Virus record (IMG/VR): IMGVR_UViG_3300027785_000111
Span: 1-28,112 of that record
DNA length: 28,112 nt
DNA from: a virus
Lineage: Duplodnaviria > Caudoviricetes
Direction: 5' to 3' (one strand)
The translations under genes and the position numbers were made by a program. The notes beneath the pieces were generated by a model. That model ran no database searches. It was not told where the DNA came from and saw nothing but the letters and a program-made list of their open reading frames with translations. Shown here piece by piece: positions 1 through 9,058 of the stretch (positions are counted from its first letter, which is position 1; each line of letters starts with the position of its first letter).

Positions 1-681
1 CAACAGGGTTGCAGCTTTCCGCATATCGAAGCAGAAGCCATTGCGTTCCTGTTTGGCCATGAGCCAGGCTATCTGGTGCTCCAGGTCCAAAGCCTCCTGT
101 GCGTATTCCTTTGAGAGGATCTTCGCGTACAACGCATCGGTGACCTCAACGTCCTGCACACCGTATTCCAGCATGTCATCGTTGAGTTCCTCCCAGCGTT
201 TCGCGTAGGCTTCCTTCTTGGCGGACTTCTCGTCCATGCCCTGCTCGATGAGGTGAGCGATGAGCTTTGTGTCGCCCTCGTATTCACCCTTGAGCATACC
301 GAGGCGGTAGCCCCAGGCCTCCAGGGAATGAGACCCGTAGAGTTTACCTGGGAGCTTGCCCTGTTTCAGGAGTTGATTGTCATGGTCCTTGATGTTGGCC
401 CAGATCAATCGCGTGGCGACCAATGTGTCGAAGACCTTGGTGGGATCTACCTTGAACCAAGGGTACAGTTTCTGGATGACGGGGATGTCGTACTTGATCA
501 CGTTGTGACCAGCGATTGTAAGGTCAGAACACTTCATCAAGTGTCGTAGTCCATCCTCGACCTCATCACCTGTATAAGATGCGGGTGGAAGTCCATCCTC
601 TGTGTTCTTAATTACAAGCAGATGGATCTTTGAAACATCATCAAGCAAACCATTTGTTTCCAAATCGAATATTAGTGCCAC
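1..681 (-). CDS. gp5: DNA polymerase (T7 gp5-like, family A), N-terminal 3'-5' exonuclease domain; runs off window
   Basis: Manual translation from GTG at 681 (RBS AAGGGA): MALIFDLETNGLLDD...GHNVIKYDIP...DTLV...HSLEAWGYRLG...YGVQDVEVT...EHQIAWLMAKQERNGF; ExoI/II/III motifs; not in supplied ORF track. Confidence 0.96.
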   Translation of the reverse strand, partial: MALIFDLETNGLLDDVSKIHLLVIKNTEDGLPPASYTGDEVEDGLRHLMKCSDLTIAGHNVIKYDIPVIQKLYPWFKVDPTKVFDTLVATRLIWANIKDHDNQLLKQGKLPGKLYGSHSLEAWGYRLGMLKGEYEGDTKLIAHLIEQGMDEKSAKKEAYAKRWEELNDDMLEYGVQDVEVTDALYAKILSKEYAQEALDLEHQIAWLMAKQERNGFCFDMRKAATLL

Positions 682-711
682 GCTGTCCCTTTCGACTAGC
701 AATAAATAGGT

Positions 712-816
712 GGAGGCTTGTCACCTCCGAGAAGTCCGTACCCCTGTGCGTCCACAGGGTTCACTGGTAAATTCCAGCCATACGTGATGCGCTGTAACTC
801 CAGATCGCCTTACGGA
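712..816 (-). other. Candidate structured RNA element (three-way junction plus hairpin) in the DNA polymerase leader
   Basis: UCCGUA/UACGGA closes CUGG..CCAG and CCCUGUG-GACG-CACAGGG stems; followed by GGAGGU-GACAA-GCCUCC; G-U pairs favour the minus strand. Confidence 0.5.
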
Positions 817-953
817 GAACTGGTAAGCGTTGCCGGACAATTGAACAGTATCCATAGGCCAAAGGTCAGAAGACAAAGGCCGAAGATACCTCCAAGAGCA
901 GCAGCCCATGCGGCTGTCTTGTAGGCATCCTCAAGGTTGGGTGGGAGCCACAT
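810..953 (-). CDS. Small single-TM hypothetical protein, 47 aa (MWLPPNLEDAYKTAAWAAALGGIFGLCLLTFGLWILFNCPATLTSSP)
   Basis: TAATG stop/start overlap with the upstream HTH gene; ~22-aa hydrophobic stretch. Confidence 0.6.
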   Translation of the reverse strand: MWLPPNLEDAYKTAAWAAALGGIFGLCLLTFGLWILFNCPATLTSSP

Positions 954-1153
954 TACTTCTTCAGGACGTAGCGAGCGTAACGCTGGCCGGTCACTGGGTG
1001 CTTCTTGAACTGGGTCTGAATGTTGTGACCCGCTGCCTTCAGCTCGCTGATACGTTTGGTCAAAGACTGAATGGAGTAATCCACCAAGGCTTCACGCTGC
1101 GAAATGCTTTTGGCTTTGTTGAAATGTGCGAGGAGAATCTGATTCTGTGTCAT
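953..1153 (-). CDS. Small winged helix-turn-helix protein
   Basis: 66 aa, ILLAHF..SISQREA..DYSIQSLTKRISELK..G..I pattern typical of small phage wHTH proteins; abuts the primase stop. Confidence 0.8.
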   Translation of the reverse strand: MTQNQILLAHFNKAKSISQREALVDYSIQSLTKRISELKAAGHNIQTQFKKHPVTGQRYARYVLKK

Positions 1154-2773
1154 TTAAAATTCCGATGTTTCGTTTTTGAAAACGGATGTTTCGTCTTTGA
1201 AATCACCAGTGGTCTCTGAGAGACGACCGGTGTCGCGGTCATAACGGAGATACCCTGCCTCGCCTGTCTCACCGGAGAACCGGTTCTTCAGGACACGCAG
1301 AGTGGTCACGTTGGGATCTTCACCTTGCTGGTTGCGCTCCAAGCCAATGACCATGTCACTGAGTTGTGCAATCGAGTGCGAACCACGGAGCTGAGACAGT
1401 GATGTCTTGGCCCCTTCCTCGTGCCCCTTGCCATCCGAAGGACGCTTGAGGTGTGACACGAGGAACATCCCTACCCCTGTCTCTTCGACCAGGGTACGGA
1501 GCATCGTCATCGCGTTGTCGATGAGTCGTCTTTCGTCACCATCACCGAGGCCACTAACCACAATACTAAGGTGATCGAGCACAACCCAGTTGCAGCCGCA
1601 GCCCTTAGCCAGAAAGCGGACTCGGGAAATGAGATTGTCAATGTCGCTAGAGCCAAAGTGGTTGTAGAGATATAGGTGACCAGAGCCGACAGTAGAGTCG
1701 AATGCGGTTCGCAGTTGGTCATCGCTGACCCCTTCCCTGCTGAGGTGCAAAGGTTTGTTGAGTTCGATGCCCATGAGACCCAGGGCTGTTCGCTTAGGGT
1801 TCTCTTCGAGCATGATCATGCCAACGGTTTCACCAGCCTTGAGTAGGTGGTGTGCTACTTCACGAACGATGGCTGACTTGCCAACGCCAGAGCCAGCAGT
1901 GAGCGTCACCAACTCACCCTTACGAGCACCACGAGTGATGTTGTTCAGGGCTTCCCATGGATATGGTACAGAGTCGATGACCTCATTGCTGGAGACTTCG
2001 TCCCACAGGTCTAAGCCTGCGAGGATGCCATCAGGCCGGTAGGCCTTGGCGTTCCACATGGCAGAGACGATGGCTTCAGGTTGTCCCTTCTGCAGACACT
2101 CATTGGCATCCTTGAAGGGCAACGAAGCGATCTTCGCCTTGCCTGACTCGAAGAGCTGCACACATTCGGCAGCAGCTTCCTTGCCTGGGTCATCCATGTC
2201 GAACATGAAGATGACTTCCTCAAACTGGTTGAGGTACTCCAGGTTCTTTTGGACCGCCTTCTTGGCACCCTTGGAGCCGGTCGGGATGGACACGACAGGC
2301 CACTTGTTGCCCTGGACTTGAGAGACTGTGAGGCAGTCGATCTCACCTTCAGTGACAACGATCTTCTTGCCTGAGTTCCACAGGTTTGCGCCGAAGAGTT
2401 GCGCCGATGAGAGATCTCCTAGGACATAGAAGTTCTTGTCGGCACCACGGATCTTCTGGGCGACCATAGCTCCAGTGGCATCGAAGTATGGGGCAATCTG
2501 GACTGTCTTTCCTGCGTGTTCGCCTACCTGGTAGTTGAACTTTCGACAGGTGTCCTCCCTGATACCTCGCTTGATGAGGTCCTGGTGTGTACCTTGAATC
2601 AAACCTGCTGCCTTCTTCTTGGCTGGTGCTTCTGAACATGATCCGTCACCCTTGACGTGAGTGTTACATGCGAAACAGAACTGGTGGCCGTCCGAGTAAA
2701 GAGAGTTGGCATCGGACGAGCCGCAGTTTTCGCAAGGTGTGTGTCTGAGAAATGTACTTTCGTCCTTATCCAT
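1154..2773 (-). CDS. gp4: DNA primase/helicase (T7 gp4-like)
   Basis: Cys4 zinc finger (CENC..CFAC), TOPRIM (VVTEGEIDCLT, FDMD), Walker A AGSGVGKS, DHL, LRGSHSIAQLSD. Confidence 0.98.
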   Translation of the reverse strand: MDKDESTFLRHTPCENCGSSDANSLYSDGHQFCFACNTHVKGDGSCSEAPAKKKAAGLIQGTHQDLIKRGIREDTCRKFNYQVGEHAGKTVQIAPYFDATGAMVAQKIRGADKNFYVLGDLSSAQLFGANLWNSGKKIVVTEGEIDCLTVSQVQGNKWPVVSIPTGSKGAKKAVQKNLEYLNQFEEVIFMFDMDDPGKEAAAECVQLFESGKAKIASLPFKDANECLQKGQPEAIVSAMWNAKAYRPDGILAGLDLWDEVSSNEVIDSVPYPWEALNNITRGARKGELVTLTAGSGVGKSAIVREVAHHLLKAGETVGMIMLEENPKRTALGLMGIELNKPLHLSREGVSDDQLRTAFDSTVGSGHLYLYNHFGSSDIDNLISRVRFLAKGCGCNWVVLDHLSIVVSGLGDGDERRLIDNAMTMLRTLVEETGVGMFLVSHLKRPSDGKGHEEGAKTSLSQLRGSHSIAQLSDMVIGLERNQQGEDPNVTTLRVLKNRFSGETGEAGYLRYDRDTGRLSETTGDFKDETSVFKNETSEF

Positions 2774-2784
2774 ATATCTTTCGG

Positions 2785-3243
2785 TTAGGTATCCAATTGT
2801 GCAACCTTAAGCCACTCAGCAACACTGAATGACGGGCAGGCCTTGGCCACGTTAGGGAAATCTCGGTGGCCCTGAATCTTTGCCTTGGGGTATTTCACCT
2901 TCAGCTTCTGCAGCAGCGTCTTCAGCGAAGCGAACTGCTCGGGCGTGAAGTTGTTGACTGCTTTCTTGATGTCGTTGGCATCAACGCCACCCACCATGCA
3001 GATGCCCACTGAGTTAGCATTCCAGTTCTCGACATGTGCGCCGATGGTTTCCAGCTCACGGCCCTCTTCCACTGTGCCATCACGCTTGATGACGAAGTGG
3101 TAGCCGATGCACTTCCAACCCTTGGCTCGATGCCACTTGTCGATGTCTGCTGCACCAATGTTTTGCTTGGGTCCAGTTGCCGAGCAATGCACGGCTATGT
3201 AATCCGTACTGGTACGGACCTTAGTGTTAGCTTTGTAGACCAT
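2785..3243 (-). CDS. gp3.5: N-acetylmuramoyl-L-alanine amidase (T7 lysozyme gp3.5-like)
   Basis: VHCSAT, IGYHFVI, GAHV, GHRD, KACPSF motifs with His/His/Cys Zn ligands; T7 position. Confidence 0.96.
   Translation of the reverse strand: MVYKANTKVRTSTDYIAVHCSATGPKQNIGAADIDKWHRAKGWKCIGYHFVIKRDGTVEEGRELETIGAHVENWNANSVGICMVGGVDANDIKKAVNNFTPEQFASLKTLLQKLKVKYPKAKIQGHRDFPNVAKACPSFSVAEWLKVAQLDT
2790..2806 (-). promoter_or_regulatory. Candidate phage RNAP promoter, copy upstream of primase (phi3.8-like position)
   Basis: GGTTGCACAATTGGATA; one of 4 co-oriented copies. Confidence 0.65.
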
Positions 3244-3685
3244 TTGGTTTTTCTTTCAGCCACGCATCAGGAATGTCCTTGTCTGCGTAGAGGAAGTTGT
3301 TCTTCTGACACCAATCGGCGTAAGTGGTTTTGCTCCGCTTGCTGATCTTCGTCTTGGAATTGCTGAATACGAACCGGATGTCGTACTCAGGATGTTGTTT
3401 CTGGACGAGCAAATGTTTCTGTCGGTCCTCCGTGAGGAAGCGACCTTTGCTCTCGATGATAATGCCGTTCTCTAGCTTGAAGTCTGGAGTGTACTTCGCG
3501 GGTTTCTCTGGTTTCACATAAGGGATAACCAGTTCCTCAAACTCGAACCCCACCCCTTTCGAGGTGAGGCTCTGTGCGATTGACTCTTCCAGACCAGATC
3601 GGAACCCATACTTGAGTGCGACCTGGTTTGTGCTGAGAGGCTTCTTAGAAGTCCTTGTCGGACTCTTCTTCTTCACTAAAGCCAT
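3227..3685 (-). CDS. gp3: Endonuclease I / Holliday junction resolvase (T7 gp3-like)
   Basis: [33 protein letters not shown]; start set at ATG 3685 (uncertain). Confidence 0.95.
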   Translation of the reverse strand: MALVKKKSPTRTSKKPLSTNQVALKYGFRSGLEESIAQSLTSKGVGFEFEELVIPYVKPEKPAKYTPDFKLENGIIIESKGRFLTEDRQKHLLVQKQHPEYDIRFVFSNSKTKISKRSKTTYADWCQKNNFLYADKDIPDAWLKEKPNGLQS

Positions 3686-4316
3686 TCTGTTCAGCGGGGG
3701 ATTCTTCCGCTTCGTAACCCTCTTCTTCTCCGAACCCGTATGAGCCGGAGTTACCACCGCCACCAGACACCAAGTCGATGATCTGTGCGGCCTTCAAGCG
3801 CAGCTTCAAGCCTGCAGCGCCGGTGCCTGGAATGAAGTAGCCCGATGTCTCGAAGGCTACCTTGCCCACGGTGCCACCCCAGATGCTGACATCCTTCAGT
3901 GGCTTGCCCTTGGCATCAAAGACAGCAGGCTTGCGTTCCCACTTCTTGCCGTCCTTCTTGCTGATACCGGAGGCCATCATGGTGAACTTGAAGATCACGT
4001 TGCCGGTGGGTTCTTCGGTGTCCTGGTCGTATTCAACAGCGAACAGGTCGTTCTCTTTGAGACCACCCAGCTTCTTGCGCTGCTCGACCTTGAGTTCTTT
4101 GAACTTGGCCTGGCCCTCGGAGATAGCAGCATCATAGAGGGGCTGTAGCTTCTCGATCAGGGGCTGGGCTTCAGCCTCTGAGAGGATCAGTTGAACCTTG
4201 TATTCGCCAGCAGGCTTAGGGAACTGGTCGTTACCGAAGTCTGGCTTGGTCAATGCGGGGTAGCGGAAGGTGCCCTTGGGAGTCACAAATTGTGGGGCAG
4301 ATGTTTTCTTAGTCAT
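3645..4316 (-). CDS. gp2.5: Single-stranded DNA-binding protein (T7 gp2.5-like)
   Basis: [30 protein letters not shown]; acidic tail ending in Phe (EEEESDKDF). Confidence 0.95.
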   Translation of the reverse strand: MTKKTSAPQFVTPKGTFRYPALTKPDFGNDQFPKPAGEYKVQLILSEAEAQPLIEKLQPLYDAAISEGQAKFKELKVEQRKKLGGLKENDLFAVEYDQDTEEPTGNVIFKFTMMASGISKKDGKKWERKPAVFDAKGKPLKDVSIWGGTVGKVAFETSGYFIPGTGAAGLKLRLKAAQIIDLVSGGGGNSGSYGFGEEEGYEAEESPAEQNGFSEEEESDKDF

Positions 4317-4323
4317 AGAGTCC

Positions 4324-4434
4324 TTAGTTCAAATAGCCTGCGTAGGCTTCTTTCATTTCAGCAATGATGGAGTTGCGTTCAGCGATGGAGTTGGCGGTGC
4401 GAAACGTGCCGTCTGGAAAAACAATGCGGTACAT
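4324..4434 (-). CDS. Hypothetical protein, 36 aa ([36 protein letters not shown])
   Basis: RBS AAGGA ahead of ATG; fills the gap between neighbouring genes. Confidence 0.7.
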   Translation of the reverse strand: MYRIVFPDGTFRTANSIAERNSIIAEMKEAYAGYLN

Positions 4435-4442
4435 AAAATTCC

Positions 4443-4655
4443 TTAGTCGAGATTGATATTTTCAGTAGCCGAGATGAAACCCTCGACATCCGCACCAACA
4501 TCCTCAGTGTCCAGGCGGTAGCCCATAGCTGCGAGGAAGGTGTAGTATTGGTAGGCCAAAGCCATCCAACTGCAGTCACGATCAAAGTGCTGCGTGATTT
4601 GTACGGTGCCACCGGTTTCGTCACGGCAGGTCATCGTGATGGTCTTAGTAGACAT
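4443..4655 (-). CDS. Hypothetical acidic protein, 70 aa (MSTKTITMTC...)
   Basis: RBS AAGGA; first gene after the post-RNAP promoter motif; 5' part of the track ORF overlaps RNAP and was trimmed. Confidence 0.75.
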   Translation of the reverse strand: MSTKTITMTCRDETGGTVQITQHFDRDCSWMALAYQYYTFLAAMGYRLDTEDVGADVEGFISATENINLD

Positions 4656-4677
4656 GTGTTTCCTTTTGAATGTTGGT

Positions 4678-4694
4678 ATTCCAATTGTGCAACC
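4678..4694 (-). promoter_or_regulatory. Candidate phage RNAP promoter just downstream of the RNAP gene (phi1.1-like position)
   Basis: GGTTGCACAATTGGAAT. Confidence 0.65.
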
Positions 4695-4713
4695 ATTGCC
4701 AACTGGTAAGACT

Positions 4714-7227
4714 TTAGGCAAAGCAATAGCGTGAATCGACCACGGCAGAGAGATCCAAAGAACCCTTCGCTGGCAACGGTGCGAGCTTCTCCAGGTTCTT
4801 GGCCGAGAGCTGCTGCACGATCTCGTCACGGAAAGATTCCAGGACTTCGATCTCTTGGTACATCTCGCAGAAGGCTTCACGCACCGTGTGGTAGAGCTTC
4901 TCGACATCACCCGCAGTGGTCCCGAAAGAGTCGTGGATCATTGCGAAGTTGTCGATGCCTGCCTGCTTGGCGCGGACCACCGTCAGCATCATGTGGGCTG
5001 CGTCACATGAGTGGACGAAGTTAGGGGCAATGCCTGAGGACTGCTTGCGGCGGTCCAGGTTGTCCTTCTCTGCGTACATCGTGAGGTACACCAGGCGACC
5101 GTTGATCGCGGTCTTCACCTTGCGCTTCTCCAGATCGGCATAGGCCTGCATCACGGGGAAACCCACGGGTGTGGTCCAGCGAACCGGCAGCTCTTCGGAT
5201 GCAGCCAGAGAGGCGGCACCCTGGAGCCAGCGCATGGCCTCACCGGCCTTCACCAGCACCTTGTTCACCGACACCCAGATGGCCTTGGCCATGTACTGTG
5301 CGCCAGCATATCCATCACCCTGGAAGGGGAAGTCTTTGCCTGACTGCTTGGCTGGGCGGATGATGTCCTCCATGAGCTGCTCCTTGAAGCCATACTCCTT
5401 GGAGCCATAGGCCAGCGTCATGACCGACCGCTTGGTCACCTTGCGGGTGATGCCAAAGGTCAACCACTGCTGGGCGATGGTCTTGGTGCCCTCCTTCACA
5501 TAGGCCACACCTTCATCCGTGTGCTTGAGTTCGTCCTCTGTCCCGTGATGGAGGTCATGATTGACCTGCTCCATGACCTGGTTGGCCACGAGTTGATAAA
5601 CATCTTGAGGTAGATCCGCAGGGGCCAGGTTGACCGCCCGTCCACCGACCTCGTCTCGCAGCATTGCACTGAAATGCTGGATGCCAGAGCATGAACCGTC
5701 CATAGCCACGGGCAGCTTTGATACGAACGACTCACCGTGCTCAGTAAATCCGGCCCACTCAAAGCAGAAGGCGAGGAACTGCCAGGGCTTGTCGATCTCG
5801 ACTTCGCCAATCGTTCCACACCATCCTCGATGGCTGTAAGGGTCTCGCGCAATAGCAATGATTTCATCTTCATGATCCTGAATCCAATTAACACGGTCTT
5901 CAAAGCTGGCCTTGTCGTAGCCTGCCACGTTGGCACCGTGGATCGCCAACCACTTCCACCCCTCGCTGCCCAATGGCTTACCGTTCGCAAAGCGAAGTAA
6001 AGCCTTCTGAAAGTCAGACCCCTGAGGATTCAGGTGGGGGACAGCGTAGATGCGGCCACGGAAATCGAGCTGGTACGGGAAGTAGATCTTGCGAAACTTC
6101 TCGTAGCGGCGAGCGATGCCCAGGCCCATGTTGAACCCAATGCGGTGACCAAGGATGGACAGGTTTTGCATGTGGGTTTTCGCAGCATCCACTCGGTACT
6201 GCTTCTTGGCTTCCTCGTTGGTCTCAATGTCATGAGGCTTGGTGGGAAGCGGCAGGCCGTCACGGGGTGGCAGACCGGCGATCTCGGAACCTGAGTCCCA
6301 GAGCGTGGTCATCACCTCAAACACCTGGCTGTTGATCTGCCAGGCTGTCTGCTGCAGGGCGTTGACCGCCTCGTAGACAATCGGCATGTCGGTGTGCTTC
6401 AGCTCGTCCATGTACGCACGGTTCTTGGACTTGACCATGCGGATGGGCTTGATGTTGGAGCTGATGTACCCACCGTTGAACGGGGTGGTCCAGTCACGGG
6501 GACGGACAACCATGGGTTCGTACACCGGACGCAGGAACTGGGTGACCTCGTTCTTCGTCTCGATCCACTCCAAGGTCTCAGGCAGGGCCTTCACGTACTT
6601 GATCGACTGGTCCTTATCGACCTTCTGGTGGGTGATCTCGACCAGGCCGATAGACTGGATGCAAATGTCCAGCATCTTGATGCCCACATGGAGGCGGTCG
6701 GTGCGAACCCAACGCTTCCACCCATCCTCGATACGGTCAGCCTGGCGGACAGCGTAGATGTGGCGGTAGTGGCCAGAGGTGCGCTTCTTGGCCCCGATGA
6801 TGATCTTCTCGTACTGCTTGCGCTCCTCCTCGCGGATCTTGGCGAATCGGATCTCGTCCTCAATGGCTGTGCCGATGGCCACACCCACGAATTGCAGGGT
6901 GCGGAGGCTGGAGATGCCCGACATGACCGCCTTGAGGGTCAGGAAGGCCAGCATGTGGTTGTCCACGTCCTTGACCTTGGGATAGGTCGCAGAGAAGCGA
7001 GCGGCGGCTCCGGTCGAGCTGCTCTCCTTCCACTCACCAATGGCCTGGGCCAGCTTGGCGATGCGGTGGGACAGGATGGTGGTGCCATAGGCGGTGGACT
7101 CCTCGCGGCCCATTTGGATGGCCTTGGAGACATCGCGAAGGTAACGCTCAGCACCCCGTTGGGTCATGCCCTCTTCGAGAGCGAGCTGAACGGACATCAA
7201 GTCCTCTTCAAGATTAACGTGTTGCAT
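4714..7227 (-). CDS. gp1: Single-subunit DNA-directed RNA polymerase (T7 gp1-like)
   Basis: DFRGRIY, PVAMDGSCSGIQH (motif A), RKVTKRSVMTLAYG (motif B), APNFVHS, IHDSFGT (motif C), C-terminal YCFA; alternative start ATG 7197. Confidence 0.99.
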   Translation of the reverse strand: MQHVNLEEDLMSVQLALEEGMTQRGAERYLRDVSKAIQMGREESTAYGTTILSHRIAKLAQAIGEWKESSSTGAAARFSATYPKVKDVDNHMLAFLTLKAVMSGISSLRTLQFVGVAIGTAIEDEIRFAKIREEERKQYEKIIIGAKKRTSGHYRHIYAVRQADRIEDGWKRWVRTDRLHVGIKMLDICIQSIGLVEITHQKVDKDQSIKYVKALPETLEWIETKNEVTQFLRPVYEPMVVRPRDWTTPFNGGYISSNIKPIRMVKSKNRAYMDELKHTDMPIVYEAVNALQQTAWQINSQVFEVMTTLWDSGSEIAGLPPRDGLPLPTKPHDIETNEEAKKQYRVDAAKTHMQNLSILGHRIGFNMGLGIARRYEKFRKIYFPYQLDFRGRIYAVPHLNPQGSDFQKALLRFANGKPLGSEGWKWLAIHGANVAGYDKASFEDRVNWIQDHEDEIIAIARDPYSHRGWCGTIGEVEIDKPWQFLAFCFEWAGFTEHGESFVSKLPVAMDGSCSGIQHFSAMLRDEVGGRAVNLAPADLPQDVYQLVANQVMEQVNHDLHHGTEDELKHTDEGVAYVKEGTKTIAQQWLTFGITRKVTKRSVMTLAYGSKEYGFKEQLMEDIIRPAKQSGKDFPFQGDGYAGAQYMAKAIWVSVNKVLVKAGEAMRWLQGAASLAASEELPVRWTTPVGFPVMQAYADLEKRKVKTAINGRLVYLTMYAEKDNLDRRKQSSGIAPNFVHSCDAAHMMLTVVRAKQAGIDNFAMIHDSFGTTAGDVEKLYHTVREAFCEMYQEIEVLESFRDEIVQQLSAKNLEKLAPLPAKGSLDLSAVVDSRYCFA

Positions 7228-7326
7228 TCCAGTAGTTCCTCTTTAGTGGTAACTCATTGAGTAATATATCTAAGTAGACCATTAAGTAAGATTCTTAGGT
7301 TTCACCCTAAGTTCTTCCCTTTAGTC

Positions 7327-7343
7327 TATCCAATTGTGCAACC
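7327..7343 (-). promoter_or_regulatory. Candidate phage RNAP promoter upstream of the RNAP gene itself
   Basis: GGTTGCACAATTGGATA, identical to the copy at 2790-2806. Confidence 0.6.
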
Positions 7344-7483
7344 TAAGGGTTGCGGGTTTGTTCCAAACCATTGTCAGTGGTCAAGAATTTGGCACAGAAA
7401 ATCTGGCACATGTTGGCACACACTCACCGTGTGGAAATAGTATGTCTCTGGGAAATTGATTCCACATGACAACAGTTGTGGTC

Positions 7484-7522
7484 AAACGAAAGAGAACCCC
7501 ATGGTTTACAAGGGGTTCTCTT
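7484..7522 (-). terminator. Putative intrinsic terminator downstream of the tRNA-derived att core
   Basis: 11-bp stem AAGAGAACCCC/GGGGTTCTCTT followed by TCGTTT on the minus strand. Confidence 0.7.
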
Positions 7523-7542
7523 AAGTATCTTCAGTGAAAGGC

Positions 7543-7600
7543 TGGTGCGGTCAAGAGGACTCGAACCTCCACCCCTGTTACAGGACTAGCACCTCAAGCT
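7543..7600 (-). tRNA. 3' fragment of tRNA-Leu(GAG) forming the attP core (not a complete tRNA)
   Basis: AGC-TTGAGGT-GCTAG anticodon arm, long variable arm CCTG-TAA-CAGG, T arm GAGG-TTCGAGT-CCTC, acceptor 3' strand TGACCGC-A-CCA; D arm and 5' acceptor strand absent. Confidence 0.9.
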
Positions 7601-7694
7601 CTGAGTGTCGTTTAAAAACAACGACTTAGCCTGACACAATCACTGAAGATGGCACTCATTTGTCACAGAAAAACTGCTGTGTCAGAGGGCTGTG

Positions 7695-8738
7695 TCAGCC
7701 GTTCACGACCTTCAGCAATGGCTCGTCTGATACTTGCTCTAGTGCTCTCTTTCCTTCCATTAGACTGTCGGGGCGAAGGTGCCAGTAACGCTGCGTGGTG
7801 ACGATGGAGGAGTGCCCCATCCACACCTGAACGACAGCCAAGGATGTGCCCCGTTGCACCAGGCGAGACGCACAAGTGTGCCTCAGGGTGTGCACCAGGA
7901 ACTGGCTGTCATCCTCCATGCCCATGGCTGTCTTCAGGTTGATCCACTGGTACCTCAGAGAGGCCCGAGTGAGGCTGAAGATGCGCGAGCCGTTGGACCT
8001 GCGGGTCAGGATCTCAGCGACACGATCTGTGGCCGGTACCGCCCTCGCCTTGTCGGTCTTGGTCTCACCAGCATGGAGGTGCACCATCCCGTTGACGAAG
8101 TCGTTGGGCCGAAGACCCAGCAGCTCCCCGCGCCTGAACCCAGTGTCGATGCCAACCACGATGAAGTCTCGCAGCTCGTGCATCTCAAGGTGGGTGCAGA
8201 GGTTGAGCATCTTGACCTCTTCCAGTTCACTGAACCAGCGCAGGCGGTGCTTACCAGGGCGGCGGCGAAGCATCTTCGGTTTGCCGTCAATCCACCCCTT
8301 GTCGAGGGCCACGTCCAGCATGGTGGAGAGGTGAGTGACCTTGTGGTTGACCGTCTGGCCACCATTGCCGTCCTCTTCCCAGGCCTCGACAGCTTCCAGC
8401 ACTGTGTCGAACGTGATGTCCTTCAGCAGGGTCTGCTCAGGGATCTCACGAAAGACTGCACGACAGAACACTTGGTGGGTCTTCTGGCCAGCGGGTTTGT
8501 GCTGAGACCAAATAAGCCTCCAGGCGAGGTCGTGAGCGTCACGTAGTGTGTAGCCCTTGGCTTCCTCTTTTAGGGGCCTTCCTGCCTCGATTAGAGGGCT
8601 TCCTGTGGATTTCATGCGGAGCTTTGCTTCCAGCTCAGCAGTTTCTGCCTCTTCGAGTGTTTTGTAGGTCTGCCTAAAGCGTTTGTGCTCACTGCCGACA
8701 GAGACAATGAAGCTCTTACCTCGTTTAGTGATGGTCAT
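7695..8738 (-). CDS. int: Tyrosine recombinase (phage integrase)
   Basis: Catalytic R (TGFRRGEL), K (ETKTDK), HxxR (HTLRHT), H (WMGHSS), Y (TQRY); N-terminal arm-binding-like segment. Confidence 0.97.
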   Translation of the reverse strand: MTITKRGKSFIVSVGSEHKRFRQTYKTLEEAETAELEAKLRMKSTGSPLIEAGRPLKEEAKGYTLRDAHDLAWRLIWSQHKPAGQKTHQVFCRAVFREIPEQTLLKDITFDTVLEAVEAWEEDGNGGQTVNHKVTHLSTMLDVALDKGWIDGKPKMLRRRPGKHRLRWFSELEEVKMLNLCTHLEMHELRDFIVVGIDTGFRRGELLGLRPNDFVNGMVHLHAGETKTDKARAVPATDRVAEILTRRSNGSRIFSLTRASLRYQWINLKTAMGMEDDSQFLVHTLRHTCASRLVQRGTSLAVVQVWMGHSSIVTTQRYWHLRPDSLMEGKRALEQVSDEPLLKVVNG

Positions 8739-9058
8739 ACTGGTTCTCCTAGTATCTTTTTCAAAGCGATCTTTCCCTTAGTTGTGAGACGAATGATCTT
8801 CTTCCTCCTTTCCATTGGGTCTTCGTAAGACTCCACAAAGTTGAGGCCTTCTTCCTTGTGGCGGTTCATCTTACCAAGAGAGCTAACGTAGCGACTCGCT
8901 GTAGCAAGTCCTATGTTGGCTTTCCTAGCGACATCTGTGAGGGAGCACCCCTCTTCTTCCTGGGCAATAAAGAACAAGCACAGGAGTTGTTGCAGTGACA
9001 TGTCTGGATCAACCTTTTGTACTCCAGACATGAGGTCAATTGCTTGCTTTAGTTTCAT
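8735..9058 (-). CDS. MarR-family winged-helix regulator (candidate repressor or excision factor)
   Basis: MSLQQLLCLFFI..SLTDVARKANIGLATASRYVSSL..VESYEDPMERRKKIIRLTTKG matches the MarR wHTH and wing; ATGA-coupled to int. Confidence 0.88.
   Translation of the reverse strand: MKLKQAIDLMSGVQKVDPDMSLQQLLCLFFIAQEEEGCSLTDVARKANIGLATASRYVSSLGKMNRHKEEGLNFVESYEDPMERRKKIIRLTTKGKIALKKILGEPV

Larger units (their letters stand above)
7388..7698. other. attP: attP region with putative integrase arm-type sites and an IHF-like site
   Basis: TGGCACA at 7390, 7404, 7414; TTTG(G/T)CACAGAAAA at 7388 and 7659; CTGACACA at 7631 and inverted at 7676-7685 and 7689-7698; IHF-like AAACAACGACTTA ~7616-7628; all surround the tRNA-derived core immediately 3' of int. 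Confidence 0.85.

Noticed and set aside
735-816. Hammerhead ribozyme or fluoride/ZTP riboswitch
   Set aside because: Junction sequences lack CUGAnGA/GAAA and the riboswitch consensus nucleotides; resemblance is superficial
721-909. 62-aa minus-strand ORF from the track
   Set aside because: No RBS; overlaps the better-coupled 47-aa ORF and the structured leader
7300-7314. Alphaproteobacterial LexA box (GAAC-N7-GAAA) upstream of RNAP
   Set aside because: One mismatch, single copy, host unknown, and the site is equally explained by the CTTAGG/CCTAAG hairpin
7543-7600. Prophage boundary (attL/attR)
   Set aside because: Phage genes and arm-like sites lie on both sides; no host DNA
7543-7640. 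Complete phage-encoded tRNA-Leu
   Set aside because: D arm and 5' acceptor strand are missing; only the 3' 58 nt is present
6394-8546. Long plus-strand ORFs (288 aa and 255 aa here; likewise 290 aa at 22315 and 219 aa at 20710)
   Set aside because: Antisense shadows of RNAP, integrase and gp16 caused by codon bias; no motifs
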